Below, piece by piece: positions 38,719 through 51,054 of a stretch of 64,000 nucleotides of DNA (its first letter is position 1; each line of letters opens with the position of its first letter). The position numbers and the translations under genes are program-made. The notes beneath the pieces are model-generated. The model made no database searches and was not told where the DNA came from. It worked only from the letters and a program-made list of their open reading frames with translations. The DNA comes from Candidatus Latescibacterota bacterium (GTDB lineage Bacteria > Latescibacterota > UBA2968 > SICM01), in NCBI GenBank assembly GCA_965217865.1, contig CBDCJO010000002.1, forward strand, positions 4,896,001 to 4,960,000, read 5' to 3'.

Positions 38719-39594
38719 ATGCGAACGAACCCCCTCGGCCGTACGAAGCTCAAGGTTTCCGAACTCTGCTTTGGGGCATGGGAGATCGGAGGTCTCTTCT
38801 GGGGCCCCATCGATGCTTTTGCCGCGAAGAAACTCCTGAACGGCGCGTATGATGCGGGGGTCACCGCATATGATCTTTCGGATGCCTACGGCAACGGCCG
38901 GAGTGAATGCATCGTCGGCCGCACCTTTTCGGGTCGTCGGGACGAGGTTGTCCTGATCACCAAAGCGGGGTACCTCACCGGCATAGACGGCGCCCAGTTT
39001 TTATACGAGGCCGGCAGACAACAACCCAAGTGCTACGATGCGAAATACCTCACCTGGTGCTGCGAACAGAGCCTCCGCCGACTCGAGACCGACCACATAG
39101 ACGTCTATCTTTTGCACGATCCCCCGATCGAAGTCCTGAGGAAAAAGGGGGTCTGGAACACCCTTCGTCGCCTCAAACGACAGGGAAAGATTCGAAGTTT
39201 CGGGGCGTCCACAAATTCATCCGGAGGGATCGAAGCCGTCCGGATGGGTGCGGAAGTCATCGAGATCGGGTTCAGCCTCCTTCAAAGGGAACCCGCAGAC
39301 AAACTGCTGGACCTTGCAAAAGACAAGGGGGTAGGTGTCCTCGGCCGGTCGCCATTTGCCAACGGCAGGCTGTTTCAGAAAGGGAAGAAGGCCCCGGCAA
39401 ACGACTTCCGCTTCCTCGCGAAAACGGGACGCCCGTTGACCTCCGCAGCCATCAAGTATGTCCTCTCCCACGATAGCGTGTCTTCGGTGGTCACGGGAAT
39501 GATAAAAAAAGGGGAACTTAAAAAGAACCTGGGGGCCTGTAAACGTCCATTGCTCACCAAAGGGGAGGTGGCGCGGATCGAGGGTCTTCCCTGA
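38719..39594 (+). CDS. Aldo/keto reductase
   Basis: VSELCFGAW, D..DAYG, TKAG, SLRRLETDHIDVYLLH. Confidence 0.9.
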   Translation: MRTNPLGRTKLKVSELCFGAWEIGGLFWGPIDAFAAKKLLNGAYDAGVTAYDLSDAYGNGRSECIVGRTFSGRRDEVVLITKAGYLTGIDGAQFLYEAGRQQPKCYDAKYLTWCCEQSLRRLETDHIDVYLLHDPPIEVLRKKGVWNTLRRLKRQGKIRSFGASTNSSGGIEAVRMGAEVIEIGFSLLQREPADKLLDLAKDKGVGVLGRSPFANGRLFQKGKKAPANDFRFLAKTGRPLTSAAIKYVLSHDSVSSVVTGMIKKGELKKNLGACKRPLLTKGEVARIEGLP

Positions 39595-39687
39595 TCCCAT
39601 AGGACCGCGGTAATGTCCTTGACGATCGACCCGTTTTTTCTTATGTTTTTCATGGTTGTAAAGTTCTTTGACAGCTCGATGGTAGGA

Positions 39688-39765
39688 TCATTCACCAGGG
39701 GTGCCGTAAGGCTGAGAATATACCCTCGAACCTGATCTGGGTCATACCAGCGTAGGGAAAATGGA
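39688..39765 (+). ncRNA. TPP riboswitch aptamer (compact P3)
   Basis: AGGGGTGC...GCTGAGA..ATACCC..GAACCTGATC.GG.TCATACCAGCGTAGGGAA consensus, upstream of thiC. Confidence 0.95.
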
Positions 39766-39794
39766 CCGTGGTCGAAAACAGACCATTTTTTACG

Positions 39795-41586
<1,792 letters not shown>

Positions 41587-41589
41587 CGA

Positions 41590-41790
41590 GAAGCCAGGGG
41601 TCAGGGGTCGGAGGCCAGAGAAATTGAAGATTGAAGATCAAAACGAGAAAGAAGGTCAGGGGTCGGGAAATGTGAGTTGTCGGATGTGAAAATGCAGTAG
41701 CCGGTGGCAGTGGCAGAGAAGGCAAGGCATGGGGCCGGAGGTCAGGGGCCGGGAAAGGAAATTGCAAGGTGAAAATGCAAAAAGGAAATG
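41590..41790 (+). repeat. Heptamer tandem-repeat arrays
   Basis: aggggtc aggggtc ggaggcc; aaattga agattga agatca; ggcagtggcag; aaattgc aaggtga aaatgc. Confidence 0.7.
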
Positions 41791-41817
41791 AAAAAGGGGC
41801 GCACCTCGTGCGCCCCT
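41791..41817 (-). terminator. Intrinsic terminator
   Basis: AGGGGCGCAC/GTGCGCCCCT stem with a T5 tract on the minus strand, between convergent genes. Confidence 0.7.
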
Positions 41818-41908
41818 AAGTCGTTTTGGCCTGATACCAGGCCCCTCCCTTAGACTCGAACTCAAAGGCGAATACGGTCTCCCCCAAACATCCCTCCCGT
41901 CCCACTTA

Positions 41909-42922
41909 CTATTCCCTTTCCTCGTGTCTCACTTTCCCGTTCCCTGTTCCAGGGGTTTGTCGCGGTAAGGACGGTTTTCCCGCCTCGATCCATGCCGAAT
42001 ACCATAGATTTCCCAGGTAGACGGCCCCGGCCTCGAGTCGTTCTACGGCGAGTAGACCCACCTGTTCATCGAGGGCTTTGTAATAGATCCTGCGATTCGC
42101 CTCGAAGGCATTTTTTTCCTGAGGGTGGATATTCAGACTTTTCATGATGATTTTATCGGCCGCGATGATCCTGTCCAGATGGAAATAGGATCCCAGGATG
42201 AAATCGAATGCGCTTGAAAGGGGATCTCCCAGCGGCTTTCTATCCGCATCCGTGATCCGGATGGCCTCACGATAACGGGAGATGTTCAGGTTGACCAGGG
42301 ATAATTCGAAACGTTCGTGGATCGAACGGTCGGGATAGCCCTTATCACCCCACCGGACCTTGAAAATGATGTTGCCGCTGTACTGACCCTTGTAGTTTCG
42401 GGTCAGGTGCAGGGGCATGGAGGCGTCCCCCGTGAAGTGTGAAAGCAGGCCGGAATTCCGGATGACGCCGTCTAAATCGTTTTCTTTCCAGGCGTGGACA
42501 GTCGCTTTAAAGAAGTCCTCTATCGTCCATGGGAGATACCCAGCTATCCCACGCCCATCCATGAACGCATCAGCCCGGTCGTAGAGGGAGTCGGCCCCGG
42601 CACGCGTGCGCGGAAACTCGTCGAAGGGATATCGAAAGTGGAAGAGGTCCAGATCGAGAAAATGCCAGCTCGATCGGCTCTTCCACTCGGGATGCGCCGC
42701 CCACTGTTTCGGGTCCTTCCAGAGTTCATCGGGCTCGACCGAAAGGTGCTTCAATTCAGGGATCCGTGCATCGAACAGGGGCCTGATCTCCGGGGGAAGG
42801 ATCTCGACAGCCTTTACAACGATCAACTTATGGCCTTCAGCCCCCCACGGAAAGGCAGAATCCGGAAGAAAGATGATCAGGAGGATCAAGAGAGGTACAA
42901 CGATGTCGAGTCTCGGTCTCAT
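41909..42922 (-). CDS. S1/P1 nuclease / zinc phospholipase C-like secreted protein
   Basis: Signal peptide then WGAEGH, PD, WHFLD, SHFTGDASMPLH, IHERFE. Confidence 0.85.
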   Translation of the reverse strand: MRPRLDIVVPLLILLIIFLPDSAFPWGAEGHKLIVVKAVEILPPEIRPLFDARIPELKHLSVEPDELWKDPKQWAAHPEWKSRSSWHFLDLDLFHFRYPFDEFPRTRAGADSLYDRADAFMDGRGIAGYLPWTIEDFFKATVHAWKENDLDGVIRNSGLLSHFTGDASMPLHLTRNYKGQYSGNIIFKVRWGDKGYPDRSIHERFELSLVNLNISRYREAIRITDADRKPLGDPLSSAFDFILGSYFHLDRIIAADKIIMKSLNIHPQEKNAFEANRRIYYKALDEQVGLLAVERLEAGAVYLGNLWYSAWIEAGKPSLPRQTPGTGNGKVRHEERE

Positions 42923-42965
42923 CCCTTTGCCGATCCAACGGTATATAAAAAAAGGATTTCCTAGG

Positions 42966-43207
42966 TTTGGTGGAAAGCGAGGTTCTGTGAGGCGACGCAT
43001 GCCGGACAGGGATTGGGGCATTGGCGATGTGAAATTATCGCGGCCCTTCAGGCCGCACGACGTTATTGCTTTCCAAGGACCCAGGGCGCTGCCCTGGGTT
43101 GAGGGACAACGCGCCTTTGGCGCTGAAAGAAGGCCCTGACTTTAGTCTCGGCTTCTCGATTAGGTCGAAGGCCCGGGGTGTCAATCGCAAAGACAGGGTC
43201 CACTATA
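42966..43207. repeat. Dispersed MITE/BIME-like element, copy B
   Basis: Matches 18717-19005 apart from a roughly 50-bp internal segment. Confidence 0.85.
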
Positions 43208-43226
43208 CCACGAAGAGCCTAAAAAA

Positions 43227-43300
43227 AGTATGGGAAGTATGGAGATGTGAAAGTATGGAAGGAAGCTACTTCCAGACTCCACACTTCCGCACTCCCCATG
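43227..43300. repeat. Inverted pair of octamer repeats (AAGTATGG / CCACACTT)
   Basis: aagtatgg gaagtatgg agatgtga aagtatgg ... ccagact ccacactt ccgcact. Confidence 0.6.
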
Positions 43301-43332
43301 TCCCAATTCCAGCAAGCCATCCGGTTACGGGA

Positions 43333-44205
43333 TCAGGTTGCGACGACTGCTTTTACGGTTTCTCCAATTTCAGCCGGGCTTGAGCAGACGTGGATGCCGG
43401 CTTTTTGAAGTGCATCCATCTTTTCGGAAGCCGTGCCCTGGCCTCCGGAGATGATGGCCCCCGCGTGGCCCATTCGGCGACCGGGAGGGGCCGTCTGGCC
43501 TGCGATAAAAGCGACGACAGGTTTTTTATAGTTTTTTTCCACGTAGGCCGCGGCTTCTTCTTCGGCGCTCCCTCCGATCTCACCGATCATGACGACGGCA
43601 TCTGTATCGGGGTCCTCGCGGAAGAGCTTGAAGGCGTCGGTGAAGGTTGTGCCGATGACTGGATCGCCACCGATGCCGAGGCAGGTGGATTGGCCGAAAC
43701 CATTATGAGAGAGTTGGGCCACGGTTTCGTAGGTGAGCGTGCCACTCCTGGATATAACCCCGATCCGGCCTTCCTGATGGATGAAACCCGGCATGATTCC
43801 GATCTTCGCCTTATCGGGAGAAATGACGCCCGGACAGTTTGGGCCGATCAGACGGGTTTTCCTTCCCTGGAGAAAACGTTTGACTTTGACCATGTCAAGG
43901 GTCGGGATGCCTTCCGTAATGCATACGACCAGACCGATGTCCGAATCAGCGGCTTCCATGATGGCATCGGCCGCGAATGGGGCCGGCACGAAAATGACCG
44001 AGGCATTTGCGTTTGTGGCCTCCACCGCCTGTATCACGGTGTCGAAAACAGGGATTCCATCCAAGTCCCCACCCCCCTTTCCCGGGGTTACGCCGGCAAC
44101 CACCTTGGTTCCGTATTCCACCATCTGTTTCGTATGAAAGATCCCCTCCCCCCCGGTAATTCCCTGTACGACCACGCGCGTGTTACGGTCGACCAGGATG
44201 CTCAT
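43333..44205 (-). CDS. sucD: Succinyl-CoA ligase alpha subunit
   Basis: [33 protein letters not shown]. Confidence 0.97.
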   Translation of the reverse strand: MSILVDRNTRVVVQGITGGEGIFHTKQMVEYGTKVVAGVTPGKGGGDLDGIPVFDTVIQAVEATNANASVIFVPAPFAADAIMEAADSDIGLVVCITEGIPTLDMVKVKRFLQGRKTRLIGPNCPGVISPDKAKIGIMPGFIHQEGRIGVISRSGTLTYETVAQLSHNGFGQSTCLGIGGDPVIGTTFTDAFKLFREDPDTDAVVMIGEIGGSAEEEAAAYVEKNYKKPVVAFIAGQTAPPGRRMGHAGAIISGGQGTASEKMDALQKAGIHVCSSPAEIGETVKAVVAT

Positions 44206-44250
44206 AACCTTTCTCCGGTGTCGTGTTACGATCGAAATAAAGACTCGCGA

Positions 44251-45150
44251 CTAAAAATGAGTGATCCTTTTCAGCTCCTGGTACCGATCCTTGATCTCTT
44301 CCTGGTTGAGATTGTCCAGGCGTTCCACGCTGAATTTTTCCACGTTATACGACGCGATGACGGTACCATAGATCACGGCCTGCCGCAGGGTCTCGTCCGA
44401 GAGGACCCCTTCCCTGGCGATGTGTCCCACGAAACCCCCGGCGAAGGAATCTCCAGCCCCTGTCGGATCGAATACAGATTCGGTCGGGAAGGCGGGTGCG
44501 GCGAAAAACAGATCTTTTGAGATGAGAATCGCCCCGTGCTCCCCTTTTTTGACCACGACGATCTTCGGGCCCATGGTCAAAACCCGACGAGCGGCCTTGA
44601 TCAGGTCCGCTTCCCCGGCGAGTTGGCGGGTTTCAGAATCGTTCAGGATGAGGACATCGACGGATTGAAGGGTCTTGAGCAAGGCCTCACCTTTTCCTTC
44701 GATCCAGAAGTTCATGGTATCGCATACCACGACCCTTGGGTTTTCCACCTGTTGGAGGATGTCCAGTTGGAGCTCGGGGTCGATGTTGGCGAGAAAGACA
44801 TGTTCCGTTTTCCGATAGTTGTCGGGAATGGATGGTTTGAACGATTCAAACACATTCAGCTGCGTGTCGAGGGTCTCCCGTGTGTTGAGGTCGTATCCAT
44901 ATTCCCCTGACCATCGGAAGGTCTTTCCCGGTTCAACTGAAAGGCCGTTCAAGTCGACCCCACGATCTTCCAGAAATTTGAGGCTTTCCCTCGGGAAGTC
45001 CTCTCCAACCACCCCCACCACGTTGACGGGCACGAAGAAACTCGCACCTGCGGAGAAATAAACAGCGGAACCGCCCACGGCATCTTCGACCTTGCCGAAA
45101 GGTGTCACCACCGTATCCAGAGCGACTGAACCCACGACGAGTACGCTCAA
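44251..45150 (-). CDS. PfkB-family carbohydrate/nucleoside kinase
   Basis: VGSVALD, GGSA, N.SE, KKGEHG, DPTGAGDSFAGG. Confidence 0.92.
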   Translation of the reverse strand: MSVLVVGSVALDTVVTPFGKVEDAVGGSAVYFSAGASFFVPVNVVGVVGEDFPRESLKFLEDRGVDLNGLSVEPGKTFRWSGEYGYDLNTRETLDTQLNVFESFKPSIPDNYRKTEHVFLANIDPELQLDILQQVENPRVVVCDTMNFWIEGKGEALLKTLQSVDVLILNDSETRQLAGEADLIKAARRVLTMGPKIVVVKKGEHGAILISKDLFFAAPAFPTESVFDPTGAGDSFAGGFVGHIAREGVLSDETLRQAVIYGTVIASYNVEKFSVERLDNLNQEEIKDRYQELKRITHF

Positions 45151-45593
45151 ATGACCTCCGCAACGCTCGACGTTTGATCTCTGTCGACCTCATCCTCACC
45201 GGTTCTGTCGGCCTCCTCCTCATCGGCAATGATTTCCATCTTCGCATCCCCCCATAGCCTTTCCAACCGGTAGAACTCCCGAACGGATGTCTGGAAGATG
45301 TGTGTTACCACATCAACGGAATCCACAAGCACCCATTTTCGTGACTCGTATCCTTCGACGTGCCATGGACGGTGGGATTCTTTTTCAAGCGCTTCAATCA
45401 GGTTTTCGGCGAGGGCTTTGACGTGGGTGTCTGAGTTGCCCGTGCAGATGATAAAGTAATCGGCGACATCGGTTAATCCGCGGAGATCCAGGACGATGAT
45501 GTCCTCTCCCTTCGTTGATTTCAAGGCTTCCAGGCTGAGATCTACAACGGAACGGGGGTCCGGCTTGGGGCTACTCAAACGCAATCCCTTCAA
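45147..45593 (-). CDS. rsfS: Ribosome silencing factor
   Basis: KGEDIIVLDL, DYFIICTG.S..HV, WVLVD, R.FYRLERLW; start codon uncertain. Confidence 0.93.
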   Translation of the reverse strand: MKGLRLSSPKPDPRSVVDLSLEALKSTKGEDIIVLDLRGLTDVADYFIICTGNSDTHVKALAENLIEALEKESHRPWHVEGYESRKWVLVDSVDVVTHIFQTSVREFYRLERLWGDAKMEIIADEEEADRTGEDEVDRDQTSSVAEVI

Positions 45594-45715
45594 GGAAGTA
45601 GAACAGCAAACAAAAGATCATCGATACCCTTGGGTTCTGTCGGAGTCACTATCGAGCTGGGCCGCATCCTCAGGACCGAAGAAAGAAGTGCAGGGTATAG
45701 ATTGACGAACAATAC

Positions 45716-45758
45716 AAAAAAAGGATGCTCACCGGCCACGGACCCGTGAGCATCCTTA
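45716..45758 (-). terminator. Intrinsic terminator
   Basis: AAGGATGCTCAC/GTGAGCATCCTT stem with a T tract on the minus strand. Confidence 0.7.
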
Positions 45759-45796
45759 TGTGATCTTAAGTTAACTCGACGATCAAGATACCCCCA

Positions 45797-46270
45797 TCAC
45801 TCGTTGAATGGGTTGTAGAAACGGCCATAACGTCTGTGATAGCCGTAAGTTGGGCCTTGGGACATATGGAACTCGATGCGCAGGTTAGGGTTTGGGGTGT
45901 AGAGAAAACCGAGGTTCGGGACGACGAATTGTGCGCCGGGACCCGATGATCCGAATGCGTTCCTCCCGCCCAAAACCCGCTGTACGCCCACCTGCGCGTA
46001 GGCCGTGAGATTCGGCGAAAACTGGTAAGTCATTGTGTTCAGATAATACTGGCTGTTCCCGGCCGGAGAATTGAAGCTCATTCCCAGGCTGTGGGACATC
46101 GATAACCGGGTGGGGTCAAAAAGACCCCGAATGGCGCCCTGTGCGTTCTTGAAGTCTATTCCCTGTGGAGAATCATCCGAAGGTTTGATTCCTTCGATCG
46201 AATCGGTACCTGCCCAGACGGTTGCAGTCCCAACCAGGACGCACAGGGAAATTGCAGCGAGCATTTTCAT
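45797..46270 (-). CDS. Exported hypothetical protein
   Basis: Signal peptide; LFDPTRLSMSHS...YLNTMTYQF...Y.PNPNLRI, beta-rich. Confidence 0.7.
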   Translation of the reverse strand: MKMLAAISLCVLVGTATVWAGTDSIEGIKPSDDSPQGIDFKNAQGAIRGLFDPTRLSMSHSLGMSFNSPAGNSQYYLNTMTYQFSPNLTAYAQVGVQRVLGGRNAFGSSGPGAQFVVPNLGFLYTPNPNLRIEFHMSQGPTYGYHRRYGRFYNPFNE

Positions 46271-46466
46271 CACAAACAGCCTCCTCCCGGCAAGATCGTA
46301 ATTAAATATACACACTTTTTCGAGATAAAGTCAACGGTTTTTTGGAAAATTCATTTGCCTGACGCTCGTTGTTTTATTACACTTGTGAGTGGATAAAGTT
46401 CCGCTTTTTTGGAACGGATTTGGAGATGGCGCCGGGGAAGAACGTTTTAAGTGGTGGCGGTGTGCC

Positions 46467-47129
46467 GTGAAAAAACTCTTCTGCATAGTCTTTCTGGCCC
46501 TGGCCGCCTCGGCGGCCGGTGCTCAGGTCATCGGGGATCCTTCAAGTGAAGGGGAATTCGGCGGGGTATCGTTGAACCCCGTTCGGTCAGGTAAGTTTGA
46601 GTTGACACCCATTCTCTCCACGCGGTACAACAATGGGAGGGTGGCTGTTAACGTCGGTGCCTCGTTCGGATATCTGTTTACGCCCTCACATCAGATAGGA
46701 GGTACGCTCGTCTTCGGGAATACTCTCCGGGAAAGCCAGGCAATACGGGTTCGGAATTCGGCCGTCCGCAGTCAAATCGAAGAAGCGGTAAGCCCCACGA
46801 CCGGACAGGTTCTGTCCAATGTCAGCGCCCCCTTGGGGATCGGTCTTCCTTCTGAACTCGGGTGGGGGGCTTCGATGACTGGATTTTATCGATATAACAT
46901 CCCGTATGAACGTCGAAAAGTCAGTCCTTTCCTCTCGGTTTTCGGAGGGAGGGATTTCCACAACGGTTATAATTACAGTGAATTAGGCGGATCAATCGGC
47001 GCCCGGAAGGCCGTGTCACGCCGAGCAACTCTTACGATGCAATACGGTTATTCTTTTTTGTTTCTAGACGGCGGACACGAGCCGCGGAACATCGTTTCGA
47101 TCGGGGTGTCTACTTTCTTCGGGGGTTGA
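46467..47129 (+). CDS. Outer-membrane beta-barrel protein
   Basis: Signal peptide, amphipathic strands, terminal GVSTFF. Confidence 0.65.
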   Translation: MKKLFCIVFLALAASAAGAQVIGDPSSEGEFGGVSLNPVRSGKFELTPILSTRYNNGRVAVNVGASFGYLFTPSHQIGGTLVFGNTLRESQAIRVRNSAVRSQIEEAVSPTTGQVLSNVSAPLGIGLPSELGWGASMTGFYRYNIPYERRKVSPFLSVFGGRDFHNGYNYSELGGSIGARKAVSRRATLTMQYGYSFLFLDGGHEPRNIVSIGVSTFFGG

Positions 47130-47202
47130 TCGGTCAGTTGATGTTGAATTGTGACCAGGGAGGATGCTGAGGAAGCCCGGACACACAACAACCCAAACGT
47201 TC

Positions 47203-47243
47203 AAAAAGGTGACGAGCGGAAGGTGCCTCGTCACCCTTTTTTT
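47203..47243. terminator. Bidirectional intrinsic terminator
   Basis: AAAAA-GGTGACGAG...CTCGTCACC followed by a T tract, between convergent genes. Confidence 0.75.
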
Positions 47244-47352
47244 ATCCGGTTACTTTTATCCTGCAATTCTTGGTCTTCTGAGTTAAGCCGTCGGCAAGGA
47301 TCCAGCGATCTGGATGGCCAAACTTAGGTATCCGATTGTCTTGAGGTGGTTC

Positions 47353-48261
47353 TCATGGCTCGGTACCCAGCTTTTTTACGGGATTGGACAGCAATCCGAT
47401 CCCTTCGATTTCAATATCCACGCGATCACCGTCTTCGAGTGAGAATTCATTTGGTGGCATGATCCCGGTACCGGTGGAGACTGCTGTACCGACAGGTACG
47501 GGATTATCGCGTGTCAGATATTCGACTAGTTGATCGAATGGCCGGTTGATCTGCGATGAGTTGGTCTTCCCTTCATAGGCCACTTTTCCACCTTTAATGA
47601 TCCGGCACGAGATCTCCAGTCCTAGAGGATCGGGGATTCCCGGAATCGTAACCAAGGTGGGACCGAGGGCGCAGCACCCGAGGAAGGCCTTGGATTGGGG
47701 GAGATAGAGTGGATTATCACGCTCGATATCCCACGCAGACACGTCATTACAGACGGTGTAGGCCACGATCTCACGGTCTTTACCCAGGATAAAGGCCAGT
47801 TCCGGTTCGACAGCTGTGAGATCGGAATCCCGTCGGATGCAGATCGCACCGTTGGGGCCAACACACCGGGATGGCGTGGCCTTGAAGAACACCTCGGGCC
47901 GTTCCCCGAAATAGACCCGCGTGTAGATGTCCGACGCCGAATCGGTGTCACGCTCGAGGGCGCTCCGCTTGTAGGTAACCCCGAAACCCCAGACTTCGGG
48001 GGGATAAATCGGCATGTCGAGGTGGGGCCGCTCCGGGTCGGGCAGGACATTGAGGTCCGCGTATGGATGTACTTGAGACACCCCGGGCCGTACCCTCTCC
48101 ACCACCGCGTCCATCGATTCCCCTTGAGAGATGCTCCGGTTCAGGATGTCCAGAGTCGTCCCGAGGCCCTTATCCGCAGCGGTGAGATCCAGGATCTGCT
48201 CATCCTCCAGGATACCCACCCGTGTGCCCTTGTCCGGGATGTAAAACTGTAAGAGTTTCAT
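47353..48261 (-). CDS. Fumarylacetoacetate hydrolase family (2-keto-3-deoxy-pentonate dehydratase-like)
   Basis: EVWGFGVTYKRS, RPEVFFK, EPELA, NDVSA.DIE..NPLYLPQ.K, TGTG. Confidence 0.9.
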   Translation of the reverse strand: MKLLQFYIPDKGTRVGILEDEQILDLTAADKGLGTTLDILNRSISQGESMDAVVERVRPGVSQVHPYADLNVLPDPERPHLDMPIYPPEVWGFGVTYKRSALERDTDSASDIYTRVYFGERPEVFFKATPSRCVGPNGAICIRRDSDLTAVEPELAFILGKDREIVAYTVCNDVSAWDIERDNPLYLPQSKAFLGCCALGPTLVTIPGIPDPLGLEISCRIIKGGKVAYEGKTNSSQINRPFDQLVEYLTRDNPVPVGTAVSTGTGIMPPNEFSLEDGDRVDIEIEGIGLLSNPVKKLGTEP

Positions 48262-48456
48262 CTCGATATCTCCCCTCGAAGACCTGCCCGTTTCACTTCC
48301 GGGTAAAACCCGCGCGAATCACGAAATTAATATAACCGGTTGATAACACAAAGGTTATAATAACCCATTGACCTTCTCGAAGCCGAAAGTTCAACCCTTC
48401 CTAAAACAGGGCACCCCGAAAGGAACCCGAATTGACGAGGCGGATGCTCAAAAAAC

Positions 48457-48547
48457 AGGATAGTGTACTGCGGTTTTGTTGTCAACCTTTTAATAGGGCC
48501 ATGACGTGTGAATAACGCTTGACAAAAGGGTTGCGTAGGCTTATCAT
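48457..48547. promoter_or_regulatory. Divergent sigma70-type promoters
   Basis: Plus strand TTGACA(48519)-17-TATCAT; minus strand TTGACA(48485)-17-TATCCT. Confidence 0.6.
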
Positions 48548-48603
48548 TGACGCCATGTGAGGATTTTTCAGAGATCTATTTTAACCTTTCAACCGGGATA
48601 CCG

Positions 48604-49641
48604 ATGCCCGTAAAAACGATCGAATGGATTGATCCCGCGCTTCGGATCATCGATCAGACGAAGCTCCCTGTGGAGCTTGTTTATAAAGACTGCCTGAATG
48701 TTGAAACGGTCGCAGAGGCGATTGAAAGCCTGAGGGTCCGGGGGGCCCCCGCAATAGGCGTGGCGGCGGCCTATGGTGTCGTGGTTGGAGCGGATGAGGC
48801 GTTGAAAAAGGGAGGGGACATCAAGGCGCACATCGTGGAGAGCATCGGTCGGCTTTCCCGGACGAGGCCCACTGCGGTAAACCTGTTCTGGGCCCTGGAC
48901 CGGATGCAGAAGAGACTCGATCGCACTACCGGCCGGGATGGCGGAGCCTTTAGAAGGGAGCTTCTGGAAGAAGCAAACGCGATTTTCGAGGAGGATCGTT
49001 CTGTCTGCCGCCGGATCGGTCGGAACGGTATGGACCTGCTGCATCACGGAGCGAAGGTGGTCACCCACTGTAACGCGGGGGGGCTTGCCACCGCGGACTA
49101 TGGGACGGCTCTTGCGGTGATCTACGCCGCCGAAGAGGCGGACAAACGGATCGCGGTTTTTGCCGACGAAACACGACCTTTGCTTCAAGGATCCCGATTG
49201 ACCGCTTGGGAGCTAAACCAAAGCGGAATCGACGTGACCGTAATCTGTGACAATATGGCAGGGGCGATCATGCAGCGGAAGGGGATCGACTGCGTGATCG
49301 TCGGGGCCGATCGGATCGCAGCGAACGGGGATGTGGCCAACAAGATCGGGACATACGGTCTTGCCGTTCTGTCAAAGGCTCACGGCGTCCCTTTTTACGT
49401 GGCCGCCCCACTATCGACGATCGATATAAACACGCCCAACGGAGACAAGATTCCCATAGAGGAACGTCATGAGAACGAAGTCACTGAGGGGTTTGGTCGC
49501 AGGACCGCCCCTGAGGGGGTGAAGGTCTTCAATCCGGCCTTCGATGTGACCCCGCATACCCTTGTGACTGCAATAATCACAGAGCGGGGGATTGCAAAGC
49601 CGCCGTTTGCGCCTAAATTTCGCGATTGGTGCGAGGAATGA
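48604..49641 (+). CDS. mtnA: S-methyl-5-thioribose-1-phosphate isomerase
   Basis: IDQTKLP, VRGAPAIG, RPTAVNL, THCNAG.LAT, ETRP.LQG, GAD.IAANGD.ANKIGT, NPAFDVTP. Confidence 0.96.
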   Translation: MPVKTIEWIDPALRIIDQTKLPVELVYKDCLNVETVAEAIESLRVRGAPAIGVAAAYGVVVGADEALKKGGDIKAHIVESIGRLSRTRPTAVNLFWALDRMQKRLDRTTGRDGGAFRRELLEEANAIFEEDRSVCRRIGRNGMDLLHHGAKVVTHCNAGGLATADYGTALAVIYAAEEADKRIAVFADETRPLLQGSRLTAWELNQSGIDVTVICDNMAGAIMQRKGIDCVIVGADRIAANGDVANKIGTYGLAVLSKAHGVPFYVAAPLSTIDINTPNGDKIPIEERHENEVTEGFGRRTAPEGVKVFNPAFDVTPHTLVTAIITERGIAKPPFAPKFRDWCEE

Positions 49642-49648
49642 TCTTTCC

Positions 49649-50533
49649 GTGATCCGATATCCCTTTCTGGTTTTCGTCACCCTTTTTGTTTCTGCCCCCC
49701 TTCTGACGAAGTGTGCTTCGACTCGTGTAGGACTCCCTCCGGGGACCCCGGTCATCGGGGAGGAGTTCGATCCCCAGACTCTTGACGACGACGATTTTTT
49801 GATCCAACCTCCGGATGGAATGAATGAAATTCTGGAACCTTTACCGGAAAAAGAAACCGAGGAATATTCTGAAAATTCGGAGGAAAATCTCAAGCCAACC
49901 GATCAAGCGGAAGTCTCCAATGCTCCGGCTTTTAAACGGGTTTATCGGATACACGTGGCGGCCGTTATGACGATGGCACGTGCTGAACAGATGAAGAAAA
50001 AGGCTGAACGGACCTTCCACCTCCCGGCATACATTCGACATATTCCCCCTCACTATAAGGTGCGAGTTGGAGATTTTCCGACCAAGCGGGAAGCAAAGAG
50101 ATCCATGGCTGAGATGGAGGCCAAGGGCTATCAGGGGGCGTTCATGGTTTCTGCATGGGCGGCCCAACGTCCTTCAACGGTTTCCCGCCCGGATTCATCC
50201 GAACCCATGGACCCTGTGAATGCGAGGGGGGCGGAGGATGAGGGCCAGGGTGAACACACGGAATCCGCTCAGGGATATCGGGTTCAGATATTTTCAACTT
50301 CGGATCGGCAAAAGTCCCGGAGGGTTTATGAGACTGCTCGAAACCGGTTAAACCGTGAGGATATATACCTCCGGTTTGAGCCGCCCTTTTTCCGGATTCG
50401 CGTGGGGAACTGTCAAACCCTTGACGAAGCAGAAGAACTCGTGCGTATACTGGAAAAGGCAGGCTTCGAGGCGCTCTTTCCCGTGAGGACTCAGATCCTT
50501 GTACCTTCAGGGTCCCCTTCACAACCGGAATGA
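49649..50533 (+). CDS. Lipoprotein with two SPOR domains
   Basis: LTKC lipobox-like motif; YRIHV...YKVRVGDF and GYRVQIF...FRIRVGN. Confidence 0.82.
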   Translation: MIRYPFLVFVTLFVSAPLLTKCASTRVGLPPGTPVIGEEFDPQTLDDDDFLIQPPDGMNEILEPLPEKETEEYSENSEENLKPTDQAEVSNAPAFKRVYRIHVAAVMTMARAEQMKKKAERTFHLPAYIRHIPPHYKVRVGDFPTKREAKRSMAEMEAKGYQGAFMVSAWAAQRPSTVSRPDSSEPMDPVNARGAEDEGQGEHTESAQGYRVQIFSTSDRQKSRRVYETARNRLNREDIYLRFEPPFFRIRVGNCQTLDEAEELVRILEKAGFEALFPVRTQILVPSGSPSQPE

Positions 50534-50538
50534 TTTAG

Positions 50539-51054
50539 ATGATCCGTATACTGAGGAACCTCCTTCTCATTGCCCTTGCCCTGTTCGTCCAGTCTTCTCT
50601 TGCATCCGAGATGTCGGTGTTTGGAGTCACACCGGATCTTGTCCTCCTGGTCCTGGTGTATATCGGGATCTCGTACGGACAGATGGAAGGGGCGATATTC
50701 GGTTTTCTTGCGGGATTCCTACAGGATACCTATACCCCAGACCACATGGGCCTGAATGCGCTTGCCAAATCTATTGTGGGATTCGTCGTGGGGTATGGGA
50801 GGGGAGGGGTCGTGGCCGACAGCTTTGTGGTGCAGAGCAGCATCGTCTTTGGCGCGGTCTTGATGCACGACCTGGTCTATTTTATCTGTTATTCTGGCAA
50901 CGACCTGCCTGGAATTCTCTTCAATGTCCTTCGCTACGGTGTGGGAGCGGCTTTATACACGGCTGCCCTGAGCATCGTTTTCTCGGTTTTGGTCTCATTC
51001 ATCCGGTCATATGGGGGCGCTTATCTCAATGTTGAACGGCTATTCTCAGAATAA
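50539..51054 (+). CDS. mreD: Rod shape-determining protein MreD
   Basis: PDLVLL, GAIFGFLAGFLQD, GLNAL; directly upstream of mrdA. Confidence 0.9.
   Translation: MIRILRNLLLIALALFVQSSLASEMSVFGVTPDLVLLVLVYIGISYGQMEGAIFGFLAGFLQDTYTPDHMGLNALAKSIVGFVVGYGRGGVVADSFVVQSSIVFGAVLMHDLVYFICYSGNDLPGILFNVLRYGVGAALYTAALSIVFSVLVSFIRSYGGAYLNVERLFSE

Noticed and set aside
41830-41905. tRNA-like sequence (GTTCGAGTC on the minus strand)
   Set aside because: No cloverleaf, acceptor stem or anticodon arm could be built.
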